From positions 46,781,561-46,845,560 of the forward strand of contig NC_068993.1 in NCBI RefSeq assembly GCF_001194135.2: a stretch of DNA of 64,000 bases, in the 5' to 3' direction. The translations under genes were made by a program, and so were the position numbers. Shown one piece after another: positions 26,170-38,917 of the stretch; the stretch's first letter is position 1; the number at the start of each line of letters is the position of its first letter. The notes beneath the pieces were generated by a model. The model was not told where the DNA came from. It did not search any database and saw only the letters and a program-made list of their open reading frames with translations. The DNA comes from Octopus bimaculoides. Taxonomy: Eukaryota.

Positions 26170-26610
26170 CATCGTCATCCATAGTTTGTCCAGATGTCAG
26201 CTACTTACATTAATTACTGCTTTCACAGGTGGGTGACCCATTTTGGTCTTTATTCTCTGACCTTTGAGCTTCCTAAGCTTCTTAATCTGGTGTGTCTTCA
26301 CCTTCTCAAATTCTTTCTTGTACAACTTTTCTAGATCTTGTTGGATTCTCTCTCTGTCATCTGTTGGATTTTCTTCTCTGGTCATTCTGGGACTTGAAAA
26401 ATAATATCAACAGAAAAATAGCATCAGCAACATACCTAAAGAATGAGAACAGTGTACCCCATTAGTCAAATAAAGGGTTGGGTTCGAAATTCTACCAGAA
26501 CACCTGATGAAGGCTGGAGAGTACATCAACCAGAATGTTGTGATATCAACAAACAAGGTGACACCTATCTGTCCATTGTAAATAATGATAAAATAAAATA
26601 CCAGACGAGT
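26170..26610. mobile_element. Penelope-like element fragment: minus-strand Lys/Glu-rich ORF remnant next to a plus-strand decayed hammerhead-bearing repeat
   Basis: ORF 26197..26385 (RIQQDLEKLYKKEFEKVKTHQIKKLRKLK) lies back to back with cacCTGATGAaggctgg...caaccagaatgttg at about 26503-26540. Confidence 0.45.
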
Positions 26611-26697
26611 ACTGTAGTTGCTATAATCAACTGTTCTCTCTTCCCAAAATTTCTGGTTCTCTATCTATGTAAAAATTATCATTATTATTATTATTTA

Positions 26698-26909
26698 AGG
26701 CAGCGAGCTGGCAGATTCATTAGCACGCTGGACGAAATGCTTAGCGGTATTTCGTCTGTCGCTACATTCTGAGTTCAAATTCTGCCGAAATCGACTTTGC
26801 TTTTCATCCTTTCAGGGTCGATAAATTAAGTACCAGTGAAGCACTGGGGTCGATGTAATTGACTATCTCCCTCCCCCAAATTTCAGGCCTTGTGCCTGTT
26901 GTGGAAAGG

Positions 26910-26957
<48 letters not shown>
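26698..26957 (+). mobile_element. tRNA-derived SINE, family A (best-preserved copy; more than 25 relatives on both strands)
   Basis: A-box-like head aggcagcgagctggcag, B-box-like gagttcaaattc, body gactttgcctttcatcctttc..gataaattaagtaccag, (ATT)n tail. Other copies at about 14760-14985(-), 17115-17345(+), 18160-18370(+), 49825-50110(-), 63595-63830(+). Confidence 0.85.
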
Positions 26958-26959
<2 letters not shown>

Positions 26960-27834
26960 ACTAGTGAGCTGGCATTAGTGCATTGGACAAAATGCTTAGT
27001 CTCATTTCTTTTGGTTCTTCACATTCTTAGTTCTAATTCTTCCCAAGGTCAACCTAGCCTTTCATCCTTTTGGACAAAATAAAAAGAAAGTACCTGTCAA
27101 GTACTGGGGTTAATGAAGTTGACCACCACCTTCCCTCTGCAAAAAAAAAAAAAAGGACTGGTAAAAATTCTCAGTAGCATTTCTTCCGATTTTACATTCT
27201 GAGTTAAAATTCTGTCAAGGTTGCTTTGTCTGTCCTTTTTGGAGTCTGTGAAATAAATACCAGTTGAGCACTGGTATTTGGGCTGTGGGGAACTGCATGA
27301 ACATCACAACATCGTATCGCCTACACATCCACTAAAACTAATAGTACTGGTCACTCATTGCTGAATATCTCAAGTCCTGAAGTGGTCACATGATCAACTC
27401 TTGCCGCTGTTTCCTTTCACTCTTAAAACTGCAATGAATGTTGGAGAAATTACATGGAATGTCAGTGCTATCAACTACACATGCTCTAAACATTAATATA
27501 TTGATCACTCATTGATGAACCCCCTTGATAATGAAAGGGTCAAATTTATCCACTGTTGGGAGCTATTTTATTTCACTTCCTTCATTAGCCTGTATCTTTT
27601 ATCTTTTTCTTGTTTTAGCCATTGGTCTGTGACCATGCTGGGGCACCACTCTATAGGGTTTTTGGTCCAATGAACTGTTCCAAATACTTAATTTTCATCA
27701 TCTGGCACTTATTCCTATTGATCTCTTTTACTGGACCACTATGTTTTACAGGGATGCAAACAAACACCTACTGATAAATGCTGGAGGGGGTACAAACATA
27801 AACACACTCATACGCATGTGTATATTAATGTATA

Positions 27835-27944
27835 CAGGGTGGTCCAAAAGTCATGCACCAAACATATTACTTATATTAACCATTATCTACCATATATTGT
27901 AAATGAGTTTTTTTATCTTGGTGCATGACTTTCGGCCCACCTTG
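27835..27944. mobile_element. Tc1/mariner-type MITE (110 bp) nested in a SINE-derived repeat
   Basis: 27-bp TIRs CAGGGTGGTCCAAAAGTCATGCACCAA versus CAAGGTGGGCCGAAAGTCATGCACCAA (3 mismatches), preceded by TA. Confidence 0.75.
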
Positions 27945-28510
27945 TGTGTGTCTGTACACACACATGATGGGTTTTGACACAATTTCCATCTACCAGATTC
28001 ATTCACAAGGCTTTGGTATAATAAAAGATACTTCGCCCAAGGTGCAATGCTGTGGCGCTAAACATGAAGCCACATGGTTTCAAAGGGAGCTTCTTATCCT
28101 CACAACCAAATAATGGGCTATTTCATTTAATTCATCACACCTGTTGACACTGACAAGCCACTAATGACCATCTCCATTCACAAAACAATTACACATTTCA
28201 CTTTCAGCTTCATTCAGACCTGTTGACACTGACCACCCATTAATGAGCAACTCCCGTCATAAAACAATTACACGTTTCACTTTGGCTTCTTTCACTTCAC
28301 AAATGGCCTTGACAGGAATGCATGAACATCACAGCACTGCTATCACCCACACACACTTCTACCAAACCTAACAGCACTCACTGTTTCCTGTGAACACTTC
28401 TGATCCTGAAAAACTTTGTCACATGATTGACTAATTTTATTTATTTATATTATTTGTCTTTTCTTTCTCTTGAATTTAAAAAAAAAAAGAATTATTTTAT
28501 TTTCTCTCCC

Positions 28511-28567
<57 letters not shown>

Positions 28568-28874
28568 TTTTCTCTCCCCCACCACTGTTACCACCTACCT
28601 TCCTCCTTGCATCTCTCAGATTGTGCAATTTCCTCAACTGCTGCTACTGCACTGCTGTTGCTGGCACCGTTGTTGCTTCAACTAGAAACTGCTTTGCTGC
28701 TTACTGCTAACAACGATCATATATGTATGTATGTATGTATGGATGGATGGATGGATGGATGGATGCGTGTATTAGTGTGTTGATGTGTGTTAATGTCTGT
28801 CTATGGGTGGGTGTGTGTGTGTGTGTGTTAGTGCATGTGTTCATCGCATGTGCATTAGTTAAAGTGTGTTAATG

Positions 28875-28908
<34 letters not shown>

Positions 28909-29593
28909 AATGCATGGGTTCACAGTGGGTGTGTGTTAGTACATGGTTTTATAGTATGTGTGTTAGATTGTGTATGTTAATGTTTACGTATGTGTGTTAG
29001 TACATGGGTTGGTGTATATATATATATGTTAGTGTGTATGTTTGTTTTTCTCAGTAATGTTTTAGTGTGTGTATATGTGTGTATGTTTGTGTTAGTGTAT
29101 GATAGTGTGTATGTGTTAGTATTTGTGCATGTTAGTGTATGTGTGTATGTATAAAGACAACACACAATATTCTCTAACAAATGAAATGTATGTAAAATTT
29201 TCCTAGAAATATATTTGTATGGATTGGTATATACACGTATATGCATATCTGTGTGTGTGTATATATGCTCATACACCACGTGTTTATATGAACGTGGGGT
29301 ATATGTGTAACTGTATGTATGCTTGTTTGTAAATATCACATATAATCATGTCTGTATGTGTGTGTATATATATGTATACACATACAGACATGCACAAATA
29401 TATGCATGCATATACACATATTCATGGATGTACATACATACTCTCTGACATGCACACACACACACATTCTTTTTTTTCTACACACATACACAAGCAGATT
29501 CCTAAAATAAGAAAAGGAGTGTTGTTAACTTTGCTGTACTGTAAAGTTTTCTTCCCTCTTTTTAAAACCAAATTATACATTTCTGTGTCCTAG

Positions 29594-29914
29594 TCGAGAC
29601 CCAAGCAGTAGTCCTGCTCCTAGTCCTACACCACCACCACAACAACAACAACAACAACAACAGCAGCAGCAACACAACTCCGGGGCCAGTAGTCTCGGAC
29701 ATGGAGCAAGCCCACCTTCATCAGGTTCTGCCTCACCTCAACTTGGAGGGCCTACTGTCGCAAATGTTCCAAACGCAGCACCAGTCGCAGTAGCAGCAGC
29801 AGCAGCAACAGCAGCAGTAGCACCAGTGGTGCCACCTGGAGGCAGCACATGTGAGGCAGCAATCAAACCCACTTTCAATATTGGTGCAGTCTCACCAAAA
29901 GATGATACAATCAG
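29594..29914 (+). CDS. MYCBP2: MYCBP2 exon F (phase 2-2, 321 nt) with a Q11 tract and an Ala-rich tract
   Basis: Acceptor ctgtgtcctag, donor CAG|gtgagg, 107 open codons (RDPSSSPAPSPTPPP-Q11-HNSG...FNIGAVSPKDDTI). Phase links exon E to 32802. Confidence 0.8.
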
Positions 29915-32801
29915 GTGAGGAAGGGCCTGCTTTGAAACTTTTCTCTCTCCTGCATCCTTTTTTTTTTTTTTAGGGTTTTCTGGTTTTTTATTTCTTCATT
30001 TATTTATTATCTTTGTTCCTCATTGAAGGAAATGTAAAGAAAGTGTCTATTCAAAACGTGTTAGGTTAAAACAAAAGTATGAGCCAATGTCTCCAAGAAC
30101 ACGTATGTATACGTGTATGTGTGTGTATGTACATGCATACATACATATACACACATACATACATACACACACACACTTATGATGCATAATGTTGAACAGA
30201 TCAGAAAGGAGTGTTTAATACATGCTGAAGAGGATATGGGTTTTTTTTTGTGTTTCATTGAAACCAAACCTGAGAGTTTGCTTTGCAAGTGGAGTTTCAT
30301 GCCACTGTAATCTTCAGGCAAAACTCATTTCGTTTGAAGATCTCACTGGCTTGAAACTAAAGATGCACAACAAATTCTCAGCTTCAGTTACAATATATAT
30401 ATACATGCACACACATGCGCAACTGGTTCTCTGATCTTAGAGGGTTTCTGTTAAATTAAATGCCATCAGTGAGGCCAGAATAGATATAATGCAAGCACAT
30501 GCCATCAGCAATTACTCAGGGTAGGCAGTTGGTGGCCTTTATGTAGTAAAACACACAAAAAAATAAGCAAACCACAGGCACTTGTCTGAGTTGTAGGCAG
30601 ATTTACTTCTGCCTTTATAGCACGTAAATAAAATGTTGTTGTAGGAATGTATGCAGCACGTGTACTACAGAAGTAATATGCGTAGCTCAAAGACTGAGAT
30701 TGAAAGGTAAGGGTGAATTATGCCTACCTAATCTATAAAGAAATAATATATTTTTCATTTTATACATAGTAATCAGAGTAACCTTCATGATTTTATTGGA
30801 TTAGGTGCGTATTTTGCCATGACAGGAAAATATTGCTATCGATCTATCTTATCCAAGGTAGGCACTGCCTGCCTTGTCAGCATGTCCCTGATATAATGGT
30901 AAAATATTGAAGGTGCAGGTATGGCTGTGTGGTTAAGAAGTTTGCTAAGCAAGTACTTGGTCTTGTATTCAATACCACTCTTGTATAAAACCTTGTGTTG
31001 ACCAATGCTTGGTGACTGATTTTAGTAGTAGGAAACTGTGCAGAAGTTCACTGTGTGTGTGTGCATGTGTGTTTCAGTTTGTCTTTCTTTGATAGTGTTT
31101 GAAGGGAAAAAATGACTTTTTTGTTGATGTCCCTTCACTTAGTAGTGTCACAAACAGAACTAACTAATATAGGATCCACATTTGAAAATAAATATTGGGA
31201 TTGATACGGTTGACTAAAAACCCAACCCTTCAAATCAGTGCTCTAGCATGGCCGCATTTAAATAACTGAAACAAGTAAAATATTGTTTTGGGTTAGGGTT
31301 TCCTTTATTTGGTGCTGGTCATCTTATCAAAAATCCCAAAGAAATTCGAAACAAAAAAATGTTTGGTAAATCATCATCATAACTAAACACAACATTCCTT
31401 GGATTTCTTCAATTTCTGATTGATCTGGAATATTATGAAGTGCACCAGCTAATGCCAGCTTCTAGAACAATTGATTACAAAAGCATTGATGACAATTCAG
31501 AACCACATTGACCTAGTAGAGGAGAGAAGAGACAGCCTAGAATCGATGACAGTGGGAAAAAGTTGTCAATGGCCTATGCTCCATAGGGAGCACAGGGCTT
31601 AAGTAGTAAGTATATTGCTAGTGGCAGTAAGGGGTAGAACCGATAGCATCAAATATGCTATTTGCTATTTGCTTACATACCATTATGTTGTGGAGTTCAA
31701 TTCCGACCTTGGATGACTTTATCAATCATCTTTACTATGTCCTTTGTCATACATACCAGTTTGTAGATCAAATTTCAGTTGTAATTAGGAGAAAGTCTGG
31801 AGACAGATGAGGGTATACGAGCCAGTTGCAAGACATGGTATTTTGGCAGTGTGACATTACTAATGTTTAGTCTCCTGTGGGCAATAAAGAAATAGATAAT
31901 ACTAATTGTAGCATAAACATATCTCTTGGCTAGGTTTAAATCTGTCTTTTTATTTCATTTTCTGTAATGTTTTGTTATAATTCTCTTGTGTATCATTGTA
32001 ACTTTCTCCCTGGAACCCTGGGCTTGTAAAATAGAAACCCAACTCTCTGGTTCTATCTTTTATTTAAAGTATTTACTTTTCATGTAAAATGTATGTGTAA
32101 GGAAAATGTTTTTTTCAAGAACATTCCCCTCCTCATTGTCAGAAACATTGCCAGTTCCACCACCACCACCACCACCACTACCATCATCATCATCATCACC
32201 ATCATGAACATCATTATCATCATTATTGTCATCATAATCATCATCATTAATTTTTTTATTATTATCATTATTATTATTATTATGCACCCTTTTAAATCCT
32301 AGCCAGGCTCATGGTCCTGGGTTCCCAGTTTCTATGGCGTATGTGTCCTCCCACCCCCTAGCTGGACGGGACGCCAGTCCATTGCAGCGTTACTCAAGAA
32401 ACAGGAAGAAAGAGAGAGAGAAAGTTGAGCAAAAGAGTACAAAAAAAGTTGGGCAAAAGAGTGGGGGCACAATGGCCCAGTGGTTAGGGCAGCGGACTTG
32501 TGGTCGGAGGATTGCGGTTTCGATTCCCAGACCGGGCGTTGTGTGTGTTTATTGAGCGAAAACACCTAAAGCTCCACAAGGCTCTGGCAGGGGAAGTGGT
32601 GGCGACCCCTGTTGTACTCTTTTGCCCATCATCATTAATACCACTGCCTTAGTCATCATAGTTACGCAATTGTAACTAATGTATTTTTGTTGTTGGTATA
32701 ACTATTATTATTGTTGATTTCCTTTTCATATGTATTCATGATTTTTCATTTATTGACAGTACAAGATATTATTGTATTTTCTTTTACTCCCTTTACTACA
32801 G

Positions 32802-34449
32802 GTTATCTCCAAAAGCTATTCGCAAAGACAGGGGTCGACAGTTGAGAAACAAACGAGAACGAGCAGCATCACCATCACCAAGGGAGACCACTCCGATCAA
32901 TAGGAGTCGCTCTGGTTCAGCCACCATGATCTTTGAGAGGACCCGTGAGCCGGTGAAGGAAGCTCTCTCACCGTCTGTTGCCGAATGTCTCCGTGCTGTC
33001 TACGCCGCTTTTCTGTGGCACGAAGGAATCGTGCATGATGCAATGGCCTGTGCATCTTTTTTGAAATTTCATCCAAATTTATCTAAAGAAATGTCTCAAG
33101 TTGATGACAAAAAGTCAGAGAAAACGAAAGTCCGTCAGCCAGCTGAATCGTCGAAAGAAATCAAAAAGGAACCGTCCAAGAAGGGAGACAATTTGAACGA
33201 GACTCGTGTTAGGTTCTTCATTGAACACCAGGATAGTGTTGATTCAGATTCTGATGTCAATAGACAGGACAGTGTCCGATTAGGCACTCTGCAGACCGAC
33301 TCAGGCAAGTTGGACCAGGTTAAGATAGATTCTGTGAAAATAGATCCTTTGAAACAACCGAAACCAATCCTTGGACGGCACAAATCTGAGGGTAGTGTGA
33401 ATTACCAGGAAGACCCTCTTTTGATCCATTCTGAGAATGGTACTTATGAGCGAGAGGATGCAAAACTTCCAGCAACATTGTATCATTTGGTGGGATTCTG
33501 GGAGGAACTGGCATCAACAATGCTCAATGTGATATCAAAGGACATGATCTACCCAAGTCCTGCACTAAGCATGAAGACAAAGAAAGTCGAGAAGAAGGAG
33601 AAGGAAAAAACAAAAGAGAAACGAACAAAGAAAAAACGTGACCTGAAGCCAATTGTGCGGGGTAACTTGTTTGGAGAAGCAGCGGGTGTACTGTTTGCCG
33701 GCACAGCTGGTGCTGAGCGCGAGACAATGTGCGAACTGTGTGGTGTTATGTATCCGCATCCTGTCACCTACCATATGCGCCGCTCGCATCCTGGCTGCGG
33801 CCGATATGCTGGAGGCAAGGGCTACAATAGTGGTGGCAACTTCTGTGGTGGATGGGCCGGTAACTGTGGAGAAGGGGGCTTCGGAGGCAGCAGTTGGTAC
33901 CTGATCTGTGATCGGTGCAGGGATAAGTACTTGCGTGAACGTCGACAAGCACAGAAAGACAAAGAGAAATCACGAAAGTATAAGAAAAAAATCTTCGCCA
34001 ACAAGCAGCAGTCGAACTTGATTCCTATGGAATCTCATATAATTCTTAAAAACAATGCAATGTTTCTGTTGGATTTGGCAAGCGCCGCTGGAATCAGTCT
34101 TCCCTCGCACAGTCACAAAAGAACTCCAAATAGCCTTAATCGTTTGGATATGTTCCTACCGAGTGTCAGTGAAGACATTGGCACTGACCTCAACCCTTTC
34201 CCCATGGCGCCATTCCAATATTTGACACAGCAAGGTGCTCAGGCTTCTGACTCTGCATTCGCCGAGGACATATTCTTTGACACAGAGGAACGAGTGTTCG
34301 TGCGTTCAGGGTCATTGAGTTTGGCTCAGAAACAGCAGCGCTATCGCCCTCGGTTACCTACTGAACCACGTCACAGTCCTTTAGCCAGATCTGGCTCCCT
34401 CAGCCAGGAACTTCGACCTCCTTCAAACATATCACCTCCAAGCCCTCAG
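32802..34449 (+). CDS. MYCBP2: MYCBP2 large central exon (1648 nt, phase 2-0) with conserved AECLRAVYAAFLWHEG and Cys/Gly-rich CELC..HPGCGRYAGG..WAGNCG..WYLICDRC motifs
   Basis: ORF 32842..34485; acceptor tttactacag, donor CAG|gttagt. Motifs are characteristic of PHR proteins. Confidence 0.96.
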
Positions 34450-34946
34450 GTTAGTATGTTCTTTACATTCACTCTGCTTCTATGATGACCCTTGAGAAAT
34501 GAAGGGCAAATCTTTTAGTGAATGTATTGTATGTTTGTGTGTCTACATGTGTGTGCTTGTTCTTCTGTGTGTATGTTTTTGTACCTGTGTGTTCATGTGT
34601 GTCTGTATGTGCTCGTGTATATATATCTATATTAAAATTTGTGTGTGCATGTATACTTGTCTGTATGTGTAGTTTCAGACTTTATACACACACACACACA
34701 CACGAGTGAATGGACAAAACAAAAGAAAAAGGTACTCAACATATTTACTAGGTATTATATATATTATTATTCTAAAAAATAGTTTGATTTGGCTCCATGT
34801 GACTTAGTTTTGCAGACTTCTTACATAGACTTAGGTCATTCAGGCTCTACTTACTGATTCCAGTTTAGTAATTTGTTTTAAATAATGATAATAATGTGTG
34901 TGTTTGTGTGTGTGTATATGTATATGAGAGAGAGAGAGAGAGAGAG

Positions 34947-35380
34947 AGTTGGCAAGAAAGTAATTTTGGTTGTTTTTTTAGTATGAAATAAAAGTAATTT
35001 TTGTCATACAAAGCATGAACTTTAATCAATTATATATATTTCCATTTTGTTCAATGACCTTTTGCCATCTTTCTGGCAACTTCATGATTCCGTGCTCATA
35101 GAACTTCTGGTCCTTATCAGCCAAAAACTGAAGCTAGTGCGATTTCAGGTCAACATCATTGTTGAAAGTTTTACTATTCAAAAAATTTTGCAAACTTTAA
35201 ATAAATGGTAATCTTATGGTACAAGGTCATATGGTGCATGTGACATCACTTCCTGACCAAGCTCCAATAATTTTTCATGAGTTAGCAAAGACATGTGTGG
35301 TCTAGCATTGTTAAGGTGGAACATCATTCCTTTATGATTTGCCAATTCTGGCCGTTTTTCTTTGATTGCTTCTTCAGCTA
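34947..35380 (-). mobile_element. Mariner (DD34D-type) transposon 3' fragment with one TIR
   Basis: ORF 35214..35432 has FHLNNARPH and HAPYDLVP*DYHLF (decayed HDNARPH and PPYSPDLAPSDY). The frameshifted tail reads KFYEHGIMKLPERWQKVIEQNG. TIR-like ttggcaagaaagtaatt at 34949. Confidence 0.8.
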
Positions 35381-35846
35381 TTGGAATAAAACAATTGGGT
35401 GCACTATCAATTTGGCATGGCTCACTGGACATTCAGCCTCTTTCGATAACAGTACTTTTTGGCACTGGAGATGTGCACATTCACACATACACACAAATAC
35501 TTGGTTACAGAAGTATGCACATATAGATAGAAAGTGTGAAAGAAAGACGCTATAATATATTAATTGAATGTGATTGATAGAAACACATTCCCACTCTTCA
35601 GATACGTAAAGAGAAATATGCTTACACATATAAACAGAAGGGAGGGGAGTGAGAGAGAGAGAGAGACAGACAGAAAGACAGGTTGGGAAGAGAAGCATTA
35701 AATCATCTGATGTCAAATAATTCAGCATTGAATCAGTGGTTCCAAATAGTTGGTGCCAAAACGGCTGCGTCAAAATGCCTGTGCCAAAATGTCTCCTATC
35801 CTTGCCAGCAACCTACAGCCATATGTAGAGTCATTTTAAGTATGGT

Positions 35847-35902
<56 letters not shown>

Positions 35903-35967
35903 ATAATTATAATGGTAACCCTTATGATTTTCTTACCTGCTCTTTCCTCTGCCCCTCTCTATGACAG

Positions 35968-36163
35968 GACCCACTGAGGCACACACATGAAAGCAAACCA
36001 TTACCAAAGAGTGCCGGCACCAGTCCTGAGGCTGAACAAGACCAGAAGACGACGCTGTTTCAACGCAGTATCTCTGAGGTGGACAGTTGTCTACTTGACC
36101 AAGGGGACAAACACTTCAACCGAGTCGTGATGAGACGGAGAAACAATAGTGGTGGTGTCTCAG
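35968..36163 (+). CDS. MYCBP2: MYCBP2 exon (phase 0-1), DPLRHTHESK...RRRNNSGGVS
   Basis: Acceptor ctctatgacag, donor CAG|gtgagt, open frame, phases match. Confidence 0.9.
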
Positions 36164-36249
36164 GTGAGTGTCCATACACGTTGATCTGTCTATTTCTTAC
36201 TCTCCCTCTCATATATTTGTGTGTGTTTGTGTGTGTATTTGTTGGTTGG

Positions 36250-36293
<44 letters not shown>

Positions 36294-36332
36294 TATTGTA
36301 GTTCGCTTGAAGCATTGTGTATTGTTTGTAAA

Positions 36333-36703
36333 GAATAAAAAGTTTTGAATGGTACAACAATGCACTATAATACAAAAAATGGACTATATACCTGTTGTAA
36401 TTTAGTTATATATACCTGTTGTAATTTAGTTATATATACCTGTTGTAATTTAGTTATATATACCTGTTGTAATTTAGTTATATATACCTGTTGTAATTTA
36501 GTTATATATACCTGTTGTAATTTAGTTATATATACCTGTTGTAATTTAGTTATATATACCTGTTGTAATTTAGTTATAAGAATATCTGAAGATGGAATTG
36601 TATTCCGAAATATCATCGGACTATAGATAACTAAATTACAACAGGTATATAGTCCATTTTTTGTATTTTAGTGCATTGTTGTACCATTTAAATCTTTTTA
36701 TTC
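36333..36703. repeat. Inverted repeat (about 76-bp arms) whose left arm carries 8 perfect copies of a 24-bp unit (36385-36576)
   Basis: Unit TATATACCTGTTGTAATTTAGTTA x8 (ORF VIYTCCNL repeats). The right arm 36628-36703 has one inverted copy. Spacer holds CTGAAGA-T-GGAAT(tgt)ATTCC-GAAA. Confidence 0.9.
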
Positions 36704-37224
36704 ATTATATATATATATATATATCCAAGCTGAGAGAGTAGAACAATCTACGCTACATAGCTAGTTTCCTAGCTAGTTGCTAACCATGAGCTATACATAA
36801 ATTTTTCCAGCTTATCGAAGTTTGATATGACAAAGGCCTACAGCTTCCGATGTCAATAAATTATTATTGTTCCTGAGCATTGTTTTTTATGCGTACCACA
36901 AACTGCTCAATGCTTGTAAACTTCCAACACCTTGATCCTTGAATCTTACAATTATATATATTTATATATGTGTGTGTGTATGTGTGTATTCTTAGTAAGG
37001 AATCAATGTAAAGCAATGAGACACCACATCTAAAACACTCTTTGATTGTGTATCTGCCTGTCTGATCAGGGCTGACATGAGGTTGAACAACAACACTCCG
37101 CCCTATCAATGTAGTGCTAAGCACCACCCCAAAACAATTCTGTTACACTCTTCATATGGTCGCAAGTTGTAAATTTTAAGTATCGACACCACCATTATTG
37201 TTGTCAATATTTTTGTTATTTCAG

Positions 37225-37442
37225 ACGGTGGAATGTCATTATTGAAAAACCCTTCAGCAGCAATGAGTCGGTTGATCAGCCTTGTTGACAAATCAAAGAA
37301 TTCTCGGGACAACGGCCACAATGAGAAAACCTTAAACCGTCCTGTGATGGCGTTTGTAGTTCAGCGTCATGACTTGGATAATCTGCAGATTGCCATGAGA
37401 CATGCATTGAGGAAAGCTATCTGTAGAGTGTTTGCAATGCAG
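37225..37442 (+). CDS. MYCBP2: MYCBP2 exon (phase 1-0), GGMSLLKNPS...RPVMAFVVQRHDLDNLQIAMRHALRKAICRVFAMQ
   Basis: Acceptor ttatttcag, donor CAG|gtaaga. Conserved PHR-family motif. Confidence 0.95.
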
Positions 37443-38047
37443 GTAAGATCTACAGGAGTCTCTATCTTTCTATCTATCTGCTTCCTTTCCGTTTCTCTGT
37501 CTCCTCTCTTTTGCTCTCTCTCCTTCTATCTGTGTGATATTCAGTTTGAATGACAAATAAACAAATAAGCTGTTCTTCTGAGTACTGTAGTACTCTTTCA
37601 GAGGAAGATGATAGCAGAAAGAGTTGGTTCTGTAGTGTAAGTTAATTAATAGTTTTACTTTTTTCCATTAAAAGTCGGACTCAGTAGAGATGGTTAATGT
37701 AATTGTTGACAGAAATGCTGGTAGTATAGTGTGAGTTAACTACTACTATGCATTCTTGTAGAAAGACATTAGATTATTTTAGAGTATTAGATTAGATTAT
37801 TTTAATTATGTGGTGATACATACCCTTTTTCATCTCTCTTTATCTTTGTCCCTGTGTTTTCTTTTTGTATCTTTTTCTCCTTTATTTCTTTTATTTCTCT
37901 AATTTTTTTTTTTCTCTGTGTTTTCAAACTCTTTTAATTCTGTAGCAGTATCCCTGAAACGGAGACAATTTCTTTTAAACTTCTGAATTTCTTATTGAAT
38001 AAATTCCAATAAATAATAATTTGTGGTTTTCTTCCCCCCTTTTGCAG

Positions 38048-38212
38048 GGTTTAAACTGGTTAGTGAGGACCGTCACCCAAGCAACTTGCATCCACGACCT
38101 GCTCTGGTTTTTTGTGTCTTCATTGTCGCCGACATATGATGATGACGAGGAAGAGGAGGAGGAAGAAGCTGAGCAGCAAGTGAAAGAGAAGAAAGAACGA
38201 AAAGACCAAGAG
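38048..38212 (+). CDS. MYCBP2: MYCBP2 exon (phase 0-0), GLNWLVRTVTQATCIHDLLWFFVSSL...KDQE
   Basis: Acceptor cttttgcag, donor GAG|gttaac. Confidence 0.95.
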
Positions 38213-38917
38213 GTTAACTAATTCTTTCCCACCTGCTCTCAAATTCCTGCTCCCTCCTTTTGTTTTACTAATCATCCCTGCACCATTGTTTCACTGAAAC
38301 CCCTTTAATTCTTAAAACCCTTAATCTTGTCTGTGTCCTAGCTGACTGTCATTGTGCAATGAACCAGTGCAATTTGAAACTAAGTTTCAAACAGTTGCAG
38401 TGGAACTAACTGTTTCGGTGATCAGTTTGCAGTGATGCATTGTAAACTTTGACACCAAGAAATAAATGAAAAGGGAATTAAACAGAACCAGATTTTATTT
38501 AATGTTAAAATTTTTTTTATTTTAGTGTTTTTCAATCAACCTTGTTGGGTGATTTGCCCAAACCAATGTAATTTTTCCATGCCAGATTTCCTGACCAATG
38601 ATGAGGCATGATTATCTCTGGTCTGGGTTTTAGTCAGATTGATCTTTTGCTTGTTGAAATATCTCAATGGCCTATGTCACAAGTACAGATGATAATAGTT
38701 GTTCATTAACCAAAGTAGTTCAGTTTGAGTTTTTGAAATGCTAAAATGGTTTTTTCACGACTCACTTGTTTCAGTTACAACACATGGTCTGGGATCAAAT
38801 CACTTGTTAGGCTGTACATCTTTTGTTAGTTTATTTCTTTTCTTTTTGTTTTCTTTATAGTAAATTTTTTTTTGTTCAATAATTAAAAACAAAATGTATT
38901 CTTTATTTTTTTCTCAG

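Noticed and set aside
28620-28725. Acceptor atctctcag with an open Ala/Leu-rich frame
   Set aside because: The open frame is phase 1 but the chain needs phase 2 here; the phase-2 frame hits a stop.
32463-32540. tRNA-like sequence as a real tRNA gene
   Set aside because: It has A and B boxes but continues into a SINE body shared with 41075-41407 and lacks a complete cloverleaf.
33135-34004. Several minus-strand and alternate-frame ORFs over the large exon
   Set aside because: They are shadows of a GC-richer coding exon.
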